From: an uncultured archaeon
Lineage (GTDB): Archaea; Asgardarchaeota; Heimdallarchaeia; Heimdallarchaeales; Kariarchaeaceae
DNA: 23,561 nt
Direction of reading: 5' to 3'
NCBI GenBank assembly: GCA_964645535.1
Contig: CAZYCQ010000051.1
Location: 1-23,561, forward strand
The notes under the pieces were generated by a model that saw nothing but the letters and a program-made list of their open reading frames with translations, had not been told where the DNA came from and did not search any database. Both the position numbers and the translations under genes were made by a program. This document shows positions 15,853 to 23,561 of the stretch, piece after piece; positions within the stretch are counted from its first letter, which is position 1, and the number at the start of each line of letters is the position of its first letter.

Positions 15853-17925
15853 ATGAAGCCTTTCTTAAGTCAACATCAAGCCCAAGCGCTTTTTTCTCCG
15901 CGGGGCATTGCAATAGCAGGGGTCAGCAGAAATCCTTCATCCTTGGGCAGAAAAGTTTTGGGAAATTTGATAAAGTCGGGATATAAGGGTGAAATTTACG
16001 TTCTTCATCCAAAAGCAAGGGAAATCGATGGCATTCCAGCATTTCGTAATTTGGGTGATATTGAAGGAAGCGTCGATATGGTCGTCAGTCTCATTCCGAG
16101 GGAAGGGGTCAAGAATTTGGCAGAAGCCTGTGTCAAAAGGAATGTTCCGATATTGGTTGTCATTTCTGCTGGTTTCAGCGAAGTTGGCAAGGAAGGTGAA
16201 CAATTGGAACGTGATCTAATAAATTTTGCAGAAGAAAATGGACTTCGGATCATAGGTCCCAATTCAATGGGGGTATACAGTGGGGTTGGCCATCAAGGAA
16301 ATCAAATGGACGTGACATTTACACCAATTCAACCGATGAAGGGTAACTTGGCATTTCTTTCACAATCAGGAGCAATTGGAGCAGTAATGGCCAATCATGC
16401 CAACCAATTGGGGCAGGGGTTTTCAAGGTTCATATCTTTGGGAAACAAGCCGGATATTGACGAAAATGTGTTACTTGAATTTCTGAAAAATGATTCTGAA
16501 ACAGACATTATAGCGTTATATTTGGAATCCTTTACGGATGGTCGAATGTTCATTGATAAATGCAGGGAAATTTCAATATCAAAGCCGATTTTGGCGGTTA
16601 AAAGTGGTCGAACAGAAGCAGGAGCACGGGCTGCGGCGTCCCACACAGGAGCACTTGCCACATCGGATACCATTGTTGAATCGGTTTTTCTTCAATCGGG
16701 AGTAATAAGAGCCAATGACATTGCAGAACTGGCAAATATGGCATATGGACTTTCTAAACTCCAACCAATGCAAGGAAGGAATGTAGCCGTCATTTCAAAT
16801 GCTGGAGGTCCTGGAACCATCCAAACGGATGAATTAGAAGCAATGGGTCTCAAAGTCATGCCAATATCGGAAAAAACCAGGAATCAATTGAAAACCTTTC
16901 TTCCAAGGGAAGCAAGTATTGGAAACCCTATAGACATCCTTCCTTCGGCTTCACCGGATGTTTATCGGCAAACTGTACAAACAGTCCTAGATTCAGAAGA
17001 CGTCAATGCCGTAGTTGTCCTCATCCTTCCACCTGTCCTATTTCCAATTGATGAGATGCTTGATGGGATACGGCAAGTCAATGCTGCAAAGCCATTGATC
17101 GTGGTTGCCATGGGCTGTGAAGGCTTGATCCAAAACATTGCTGATTTTCCGTTTCCAATATTCCACTTACCAAGGGAAGCAGCAATAGTATTGAAAGGCG
17201 CCTATCTTTTCCAGCAATTTCAAACAAGAAGGTATGTCCAAACAGAGACACCACATCCCTCAGGCATCCTGAAATCATGTGATTCTGGATGGTTAAATCA
17301 GGAAACCATTGAAAAATTGATGCAAACATATGATATTCTATTGGCAAAACAAGAAGTAATTGAAAACCGGTCTGAATTGAAAGAGGTATTTGAGAGAATG
17401 GCAAAACCGCTTGTTCTCAAACTTCTTTCAGACAAGCTTGTACATAAAAGTGACGCAGGAGGTGTTATCACAGGAATAAAAAGTTTTGAAGAATTGAGGG
17501 AGGGTTTTGAGGAACTTGAAAGATTGGTAGAAAACAAAGGAATTGAGGATGGAAAGTATTTGGTGCAGGAACAATTGGATAATGAAATCGAAATTGTCAT
17601 AGGAGGTGTAAGGGATCCACAGTTTGGTCCTTTGGTCATGGTTGGAACAGGAGGCATTTTCATTGAACTGATTAAGGATGCAAAGTTTCACATTGCCCCT
17701 CTTTCAGAAAAAGAAGCTATGAATCTTATTGAACAAACGAATCTAGGCATGATTTTGGAAGGCTATCGAGGAAGAAGATCGGTGGATAAAAGAAATTTGG
17801 CAAAACTGATCATGAAAATCGGGGATATGTTGTACAATGAGGAAAACATCAAAGAATTAGATTTGAATCCTGTCCTTGTTCATAATGATGAATTGATACC
17901 TGTAGATATCCGCATTAGAATCTAA
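15853..17925 (+). CDS. ADP-forming acyl-CoA synthetase (ACD), alpha-beta fusion
   Basis: CoA-binding domain (GVSRNPSSLG, ISAGFSE, IIGPNSMG), SQSGAI, SLGNKPD, ASHTGALA (alpha His), SNAGGPG, NPIDI; ATP-grasp part with VHKSDAGGV (beta His), DPQFGPLVMVGTGG, ELDLNP. No GNAT domain. Confidence 0.93.
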   Translation: MKPFLSQHQAQALFSPRGIAIAGVSRNPSSLGRKVLGNLIKSGYKGEIYVLHPKAREIDGIPAFRNLGDIEGSVDMVVSLIPREGVKNLAEACVKRNVPILVVISAGFSEVGKEGEQLERDLINFAEENGLRIIGPNSMGVYSGVGHQGNQMDVTFTPIQPMKGNLAFLSQSGAIGAVMANHANQLGQGFSRFISLGNKPDIDENVLLEFLKNDSETDIIALYLESFTDGRMFIDKCREISISKPILAVKSGRTEAGARAAASHTGALATSDTIVESVFLQSGVIRANDIAELANMAYGLSKLQPMQGRNVAVISNAGGPGTIQTDELEAMGLKVMPISEKTRNQLKTFLPREASIGNPIDILPSASPDVYRQTVQTVLDSEDVNAVVVLILPPVLFPIDEMLDGIRQVNAAKPLIVVAMGCEGLIQNIADFPFPIFHLPREAAIVLKGAYLFQQFQTRRYVQTETPHPSGILKSCDSGWLNQETIEKLMQTYDILLAKQEVIENRSELKEVFERMAKPLVLKLLSDKLVHKSDAGGVITGIKSFEELREGFEELERLVENKGIEDGKYLVQEQLDNEIEIVIGGVRDPQFGPLVMVGTGGIFIELIKDAKFHIAPLSEKEAMNLIEQTNLGMILEGYRGRRSVDKRNLAKLIMKIGDMLYNEENIKELDLNPVLVHNDELIPVDIRIRI

Positions 17926-18326
17926 GCTTCATCGAAATGCGGCAATGGCTGTCCAAATCTGAACAGATAGCCATTGATTTCTCTAATATTGAATTCTCTC
18001 ATACCCCAAGGCATATCTTTCGGTTCAGAGACAATTTCCACACCATTTTCGGCATATCTTTTGAAAAGGACATCAAGGTCCCTGCTTACATGGAAATAAA
18101 ACCAGCCGAAAGGTTTTATCTCACCATCCGCTTGGGAAAGTTGAAGATGTGCATGAGAATGCCCTTCATTTTCATTTCCTATTGAAACACTGGCGTGATC
18201 CAAAGGGTCTCCCCAAGTCCAGTCTATTTTGAATCCTAGTTTTTCAGTATAATAATCCAATGTTTCCGGGAGATTTCTTACAGGAAGCACAGGTTCAAGG
18301 CTAATAGGTACATCTATTGGTTTCAT
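17922..18326 (-). CDS. VOC / glyoxalase / bleomycin-resistance family protein
   Basis: PVLPVRNL...YYTEKLGF and DMPWGMREFNIREINGYLFRFGQ. Confidence 0.9.
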   Translation of the reverse strand: MKPIDVPISLEPVLPVRNLPETLDYYTEKLGFKIDWTWGDPLDHASVSIGNENEGHSHAHLQLSQADGEIKPFGWFYFHVSRDLDVLFKRYAENGVEIVSEPKDMPWGMREFNIREINGYLFRFGQPLPHFDEA

Positions 18327-18457
18327 ACCAGAAATCAGTTTAGGGATATTAAAATCCTCCCAACGCTTCTAGATTATGAAAAAATCCATGGAATTACCTG
18401 TACTTTAATATACAAATTTGCTTATTTTAGAATAGTATAATTTTTTGAGGGGTCATC

Positions 18458-20293
18458 ATGCCAGCTATCGATGCAGTCCAAACTAACCAACCAAAATCCG
18501 AGAAAAAGTTTATGCTTCTGGGAAATGAAGCAGTGGCTCTCGGATTGATTGACGAGGGGGCAAATTATTTTACAGGATATCCAGGAACCCCTTCAACCGA
18601 GATCATGGAATATGCTCTCAAACTGAAGGAAAAGGAGGGGATTTTTGCTCATTGGGGAACAAACGAGGCTGCTGCACTTGAGGATGCAGCGGCAGCGGCC
18701 ATTTCCGGCCATTATGCAGTCTTCACTGCCAAGCATGTCGGTTTGAATGTGGCTGCCGATCCATTTGTTTCATTGGCAACCATGGGGATCAGAGGCGGGC
18801 TGGTTCTATGCATTTCTGACGATCCATCCATGCACTCCAGCCAGAATGAGCAGGATACACGGTGGTATGGAAGATTGGCACATGTTCCCATTATTGAGCC
18901 GACAGACCCCTCAAATGCCTACTATTGGGCAAGGGAAGCAATGAAGCTGAGTATAGAAACCAAACTTCCAGTAATCCTTAGATTGACAACAAGGATTTCA
19001 CATGGATTGGGAACTATTGAAAGAGCTGAAAAAACCAAAAGAAAACCACTCCCCTATGAGCGAGATGTCGAAAGGTTTGTTTCCATCCCGGCTCACGCAA
19101 GGAAAAATAAACTGAGGCAAAATGAGGCATTTGATTACGCAAGGCAAATCAGTGATTCTCCCCAATTTGTAAAGTTGCTTGAGGGAAACGATCCTGAATT
19201 CGGAGTAATCTCATCAGGGATAGCTGCAAGTTATTGCGAAGACCTTTGGCAGGAATACCATTTCAATCTGTTGATTCCACATGTAACCCATCCACTACCA
19301 AGAGAGCAGGTTTTGAACTTTTTAAAAGGTAAAAGAAGGGTTTTGATAGTTGAAGAACTTGATGAAGTGCTTGAGACAGACATCAAGAAACTTGCCTTTG
19401 AAGCAAATCTTTCAATCACCGTTGTCGGGAAAGAGATGATACCCAAGGATTATGAACTTAATCCAAACATAGTCGAGAATACACTTCGCGAACTCATGGG
19501 ATTTCCAGTTGATGAAAATCATTTCATTGAACTCCCATTGGAATCCCTTCTTCCCCGACCGCCTTCCTTCTGTGCAGGATGTCCACATAGAGCAGCCTAT
19601 TATGACCTCAAACGGGCTTTTAAGAATGTAGAGACGATTTATTCAAATGATATCGGATGTTATTCTCTTGGAGCTCTACCCCCTTACAATGAAGCGGATT
19701 CCATTCTCTGCATGGGAGCAAGTATAGGAATGGCAGTTGGATATGCCAAAACCAATCCCGACAAAAAGGTCATTGCAACTATTGGGGATTCAACCTTCTG
19801 GCATTCAGGAATTGCCGCATTGGCCAATGCCATCTGGCAGGATGTGGATTTGCTGGTTGTTGTCTTGGACAATTCCACCACTGCGATGACAGGTACCCAA
19901 GAAAACCCGTCAACCCATGGCAAGTTGAATATTGCAAAAACAATTCAGGGAATGGGGATTCCTGCGTTTGAACTTTCGGCTTTTGAATACAAGGAATTCA
20001 TTGATCTTGCAAGAAGACTGATCAAACTTCCCGGAGTTAAAGCCATTGTTTCAAAACAACCCTGTGTGATCTATGAGAACCATGAAATGAAAAAGCAGAA
20101 TCTTAAGCCGAAAGGCTATGTGGAGGTTGACCATGAGAAATGCACATTATGCGGTCTCTGTGTGGAAGGACTAAACTGTACAGCACTAAGCCTTGTAGAC
20201 GGAAAAATCGAGGTGGATATCGCACAGTGCAATGGCTGTGAATTTTGTTCGACAATATGTCCCAGAGATGCATTTCATTTGAAGGAGGTTTGA
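18458..20293 (+). CDS. iorA: Indolepyruvate:ferredoxin oxidoreductase, alpha subunit
   Basis: LLGNEAVA, GYPGTPSTE, KHVGLNVAAD, DDPSMHSSQNEQD, RPPSFCAGCPHR, DIGCYSL, TPP motif GDSTFWHSG...DNSTTAMTG, two C-terminal 4Fe-4S motifs. Confidence 0.96.
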   Translation: MPAIDAVQTNQPKSEKKFMLLGNEAVALGLIDEGANYFTGYPGTPSTEIMEYALKLKEKEGIFAHWGTNEAAALEDAAAAAISGHYAVFTAKHVGLNVAADPFVSLATMGIRGGLVLCISDDPSMHSSQNEQDTRWYGRLAHVPIIEPTDPSNAYYWAREAMKLSIETKLPVILRLTTRISHGLGTIERAEKTKRKPLPYERDVERFVSIPAHARKNKLRQNEAFDYARQISDSPQFVKLLEGNDPEFGVISSGIAASYCEDLWQEYHFNLLIPHVTHPLPREQVLNFLKGKRRVLIVEELDEVLETDIKKLAFEANLSITVVGKEMIPKDYELNPNIVENTLRELMGFPVDENHFIELPLESLLPRPPSFCAGCPHRAAYYDLKRAFKNVETIYSNDIGCYSLGALPPYNEADSILCMGASIGMAVGYAKTNPDKKVIATIGDSTFWHSGIAALANAIWQDVDLLVVVLDNSTTAMTGTQENPSTHGKLNIAKTIQGMGIPAFELSAFEYKEFIDLARRLIKLPGVKAIVSKQPCVIYENHEMKKQNLKPKGYVEVDHEKCTLCGLCVEGLNCTALSLVDGKIEVDIAQCNGCEFCSTICPRDAFHLKEV

Positions 20294-20295
20294 GG

Positions 20296-20913
20296 ATGTC
20301 AGAAATGAAACCAGCTCAAAAAACATTGCAAATTCAATTGGCAGGTGTAGGAGGACAGGGAATTATCAGTGTTGGGAGACTACTCCTTGCTGTTGGACAG
20401 GATAATGGATTTGAGGTCAAAGGAAACGAAACTCATGGAATGAGTCAAAGAGGAGGGTCAGTAGTCTTTCAGGTTCGCATCGGGAATTTCAAGGGCGTAC
20501 TAATACCCGATGGAGAAGCAGACGTGATTCTTGCAACTGAACCAATGGAAGCAGTTCGAAACCTTAATATCCTTAAGAAAGGAGGCATAATCATCACGGA
20601 CACTCACCATGTGATTCCAGCAATAGCCAATGTATTGGATAAACCCTATCCTGATGATGAACTCCTTTATCAAACCATGAAGAAAAAGACAGACAAGATT
20701 TACAAGGTTCCTGCCAGGGAAATTGCAGAGAGGATTGGGAATATCAAAGGAGCCAACCTTGTTCTTCTTGGCGCATTGGTTGAAATAACGAAGTTTTTTG
20801 ATCCTCTTGCTTTTGAGAAGAGAATTGCTGAAAAATGGCCTAAAGTCAAGGAAAAGAATCTTGAAGCGTTTAGAAAAGGAATGGAGTTCGCAATGAAATT
20901 GAAGCTTCAGTGA
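20296..20913 (+). CDS. iorB: Indolepyruvate:ferredoxin oxidoreductase, beta subunit
   Basis: AGVGGQG, ETHGMSQRGGSV, GEADVILATEPMEAVR, NLVLLGA, NLEAFRKG. ATG 20296 lies 2 nt after the iorA stop, with GGAGG at 20284-20288. Confidence 0.95.
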   Translation: MSEMKPAQKTLQIQLAGVGGQGIISVGRLLLAVGQDNGFEVKGNETHGMSQRGGSVVFQVRIGNFKGVLIPDGEADVILATEPMEAVRNLNILKKGGIIITDTHHVIPAIANVLDKPYPDDELLYQTMKKKTDKIYKVPAREIAERIGNIKGANLVLLGALVEITKFFDPLAFEKRIAEKWPKVKEKNLEAFRKGMEFAMKLKLQ

Positions 20914-23519
20914 TCCAACTCAATTTTTGGAAGGATTTTATCGAGCCATTTGGGTATCCACCAATTCCATTTTCCTGCAAGCCTCATGGCAGCAGGAAGG
21001 ATCATGACACGTGAAACAGTCGCATCAATGAAGATTGCCACAGCCATTGCCAATCCCATCGTCTTGAGGATAAGTATTGGGGATAATGCAAAAACTGCAA
21101 AGGTTGCAATCATGACGGTGGCTGCACTTGTGATAACGCCGGCAGTCTTGGAAAGACCTATGCTTACAGATTGGACATTGATTTCCTGTTGCGAATGTCC
21201 TCCTTCCTTTTGCAGTTTTTCAGTTTCCTCTTTTATTCTGGATATTATGAAAATCGAGTAATCCATACCTAAACCAAGGATAGTGGTGAAAAGGAAGATT
21301 GGAATGAAGAATGTAATTCCAGCAGGTTCGGCACCGAGCAGATCGACGAAGTTTCCTTCTTGGAACACAAACACCAAGGTTCCTATGCCGAAAAGGATTG
21401 AACCTGCTATTGTGACAATTGCCTTGATCGGTAAGATTATGCTTCTGAACAAAACCAACAGAGCAATGAAAAGAGCAATAACAGCAAAGGTCAGCATAAG
21501 GGGTACGTCATCAAACAATTCTTTTCTTGAGTCATAAAGTGAAGCGCTGGCACCGGTAACATAAACCGCTTTCACCGAATCGAGATCATCAAACATCTCA
21601 TGTGCCTTGTCGCGAAGTATTGAAGCCAATTCCAAAGCATCTCCAGAGCCAAAATCCAAATTCGACGTCAGATCCATGACAAGAGTGTCATTGCCATTGT
21701 TGTAATTGACGAATTTCCCGGTATTCTGAATGAAGAAAAGTTTTTGATAGTTTGGAACAGGTTGGAGAGTGTTGTTGGGGGGAACAGGCACCAAAAAGAA
21801 ATCAGGAGATGCAAGTATTTGTTGAACTTTTTCAAGAGACATTGTAACAAGATCTCCTGTTTCAGGATTGGTTTGCACGTTAAGCGTATCAAAAGTGAGG
21901 AAATTCAGAGTATGATGGTTCAATTGCCTTTTGTGTTCCAATTCCATTGCCCACCGTGCAAATTCAATTGTCCGGTTAAACAATTCGGAATTGAAAACAC
22001 CATTGGTTTTTCCTGTATCAATTACCACCTGATAAGGGGTCAATGTTCCCAAGTCAAATTTTTCGACAATGAATTCCAATCCTTCCCTAGATTCAGATCC
22101 TTTAGGAAGATTTTGGATACTGTCGAATGAAAGATCAGCTTGAAGTGACAAGGAGATAAAGGGAGCCAAAATAAGTAGGGAGAGAACCAAGAAAGAAACA
22201 GGCAATTTCATCACCAATCTTGACCAGCTCTCCCAAAATCCTTTTCGTATCTTTTGACCAGCACGCATCTTTTTGATTCGGGTAATTTCACGTTTTTGTC
22301 CGGAAAGGAAATCTGGCCAATCAAGGAAACGACCCCATTTTGCAAGGATTGCAGGAGTAAGGGTTACGGCAGTAAGAATTGAAAGAATGACTACAATCGA
22401 TACCCCAAAAGCCATTGATCTTGTCAAGGATGAATTTACGGTTGCCAAGGCCAGGAAACCGATAATGACGGCGATTCCCGAATAGGTAACCGCTTGACCA
22501 GATGTTCTTACCATGACACTTGCAGATTCTTTCTGAGCGTCCATCATGGTTCCTTTGTTCCAATTGGAGGAGGATTCAAGTGTGGCTTTTCGTTTTCTGT
22601 ATTCCTCACGGAACCGGATGATGCTGAACAGATTGTAGTCAACGGCAACCGCAATTCCAATCATTGCGATGATGCTCGGAAGAAAATCACTGACAGTAAT
22701 GATACCCCCAAGTGATAGAAGATAGGAACCGAAATAGGCACCGTATAGACTTCCCAAAAGGGCAACCATTGGAATTGCAACACCCATTGGGGATTTGAAT
22801 ACCAGTGCCAAGATAATGATTGCCAAAATTACAGAGACAACTTCAGATTCACGGAATGCCTTTTCACTGTTGTGTGTAATATCAACGAACTGTGCCGCCT
22901 CTCCGGTAAGGTAGTACTCATTGGCAGCAATCTCGGTTTCAGAAGCCAGCTCAATTGGAAATGATAGTCTTGCTAATTTTGAGTCAATATAGGAAGAAAT
23001 CGCATCTTCATCATGGAGGCTTTCACGAATCACCTCTACGTCGTCCAAAACCTCATCAGCAGATTTATTGGACGCCTGGATGTTTATCAGCGTGGTATGT
23101 CCATCCTCAGAGATGAGGGAAGAAGCAAAATCCCCAGCCCCGGCAAGAACAAGCAGGGGATAGGAGACAATTGAATAATACGTCATGGAATGGTTGTAGA
23201 AAGTATCATTCAGGTACTGTGTGAAATAAAGCAGCCAATTGGACCATTTTGCATCTGAAAAATTGGCAGATGGATTGTTGATGACAAGAATATGCGTAGT
23301 TCCTGTTTCATTTAGTTGGAAGCGTTCTTGGATGAGATTACTTCCAATACCACTTTCAGAAGTAGGTTCACCAAAGTCCCTTTCATTTTCTATTTGTGAA
23401 TTAAGCAATTGCGGTGCATTAGTACTTACCACAATTCCCACAATCAATAACCAAAGAAAAATAACAACTAAAGGATGGCGAGCAGGAAACGCAAGATTTC
23501 TTTTGTTTATCTGAGCCAT
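20907..23519 (-). CDS. MMPL-family RND transporter (about 12 TM)
   Basis: Two internal repeats, each with a porter loop and a TM bundle; Asp-Tyr motifs GIAVAVDYNLFSIIRFREE and GLGMDYSIFIISRIKEE; YLTGEAA / YVTGASA; IDATVSRVMILPA; GKWNWWIPKWL. Confidence 0.93.
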   Translation of the reverse strand: MAQINKRNLAFPARHPLVVIFLWLLIVGIVVSTNAPQLLNSQIENERDFGEPTSESGIGSNLIQERFQLNETGTTHILVINNPSANFSDAKWSNWLLYFTQYLNDTFYNHSMTYYSIVSYPLLVLAGAGDFASSLISEDGHTTLINIQASNKSADEVLDDVEVIRESLHDEDAISSYIDSKLARLSFPIELASETEIAANEYYLTGEAAQFVDITHNSEKAFRESEVVSVILAIIILALVFKSPMGVAIPMVALLGSLYGAYFGSYLLSLGGIITVSDFLPSIIAMIGIAVAVDYNLFSIIRFREEYRKRKATLESSSNWNKGTMMDAQKESASVMVRTSGQAVTYSGIAVIIGFLALATVNSSLTRSMAFGVSIVVILSILTAVTLTPAILAKWGRFLDWPDFLSGQKREITRIKKMRAGQKIRKGFWESWSRLVMKLPVSFLVLSLLILAPFISLSLQADLSFDSIQNLPKGSESREGLEFIVEKFDLGTLTPYQVVIDTGKTNGVFNSELFNRTIEFARWAMELEHKRQLNHHTLNFLTFDTLNVQTNPETGDLVTMSLEKVQQILASPDFFLVPVPPNNTLQPVPNYQKLFFIQNTGKFVNYNNGNDTLVMDLTSNLDFGSGDALELASILRDKAHEMFDDLDSVKAVYVTGASASLYDSRKELFDDVPLMLTFAVIALFIALLVLFRSIILPIKAIVTIAGSILFGIGTLVFVFQEGNFVDLLGAEPAGITFFIPIFLFTTILGLGMDYSIFIISRIKEETEKLQKEGGHSQQEINVQSVSIGLSKTAGVITSAATVMIATFAVFALSPILILKTMGLAMAVAIFIDATVSRVMILPAAMRLAGKWNWWIPKWLDKILPKIELDH

Positions 23520-23541
23520 ATTTGATATTGGTTATTCGATA

Positions 23542-23547
23542 TATAAA
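23542..23547 (-). promoter_or_regulatory. TATA box for the MMPL gene
   Basis: TTTATA on the minus strand 23-28 nt upstream of ATG 23519; no Shine-Dalgarno sequence. Confidence 0.55.
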
Positions 23548-23561
23548 AAACAATCTATAGT

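Noticed and set aside
15853-17925. Protein lysine acetyltransferase (Pat/YfiQ type)
   Set aside because: No GNAT domain, and both catalytic His motifs of an active ACD are retained.
253-18326. A single thiol/redox stress system made of GGCT, DoxX, CcdA and VOC
   Set aside because: The genes are scattered on different strands among unrelated housekeeping genes, with no shared motif found.
20245-20295. Longer iorB start overlapping iorA
   Set aside because: ATG 20296 has an SD and follows the iorA stop directly; the extension is a shadow of the iorA ferredoxin coding sequence.
334-23514. The many 60-130 aa ORFs nested in or antisense to the genes above (e.g. 3019-3390, 8691-9065, 12362-12691, 15798-15986, 21744-22130)
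   Set aside because: They overlap well-supported genes and show no recognisable motifs; treated as shadow ORFs.

Overview
Compact, gene-dense archaeal housekeeping and metabolic region with about 24 CDS. I saw no rRNA, tRNA, CRISPR array, transposase or integrase. Archaeal origin is supported by an archaeal-type RNase HII ending in a PCNA-interacting (PIP) box, an iorAB pair near a fused ADP-forming acyl-CoA synthetase, and TATA-like boxes about 21-30 nt upstream of many start codons. An Asgard (Heimdallarchaeia-like) source is a weaker inference from the membrane/winged-helix/zinc-ribbon protein. Recognisable genes: a partial URO-D-family gene at the left edge (absent from the ORF track), hbd, ndk, rnhB, a Zn-dependent MDR dehydrogenase, DoxX/YkgB-like, DUF1028 Ntn-hydrolase, AMMECR1, cysS, GT2, ccdA, ACD, VOC, iorAB and an MMPL/RND transporter. 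Best novelty candidates: (1) a gamma-glutamylcyclotransferase-like domain fused to two CDC48-N-like double-psi beta-barrels and membrane segments; (2) a receptor-like membrane protein with an external beta domain, a PCI-like winged helix and a zinc ribbon; (3) a 540-aa orphan membrane protein with repeated proline-kinked amphipathic helices; (4) an RHH plus coiled-coil protein followed by a 542-bp non-coding gap containing palindromes and a possible pseudoknot; (5) a tandem paralogous membrane-protein pair behind a palindromic site. All family calls come from motifs recognised by eye; no database search was run.
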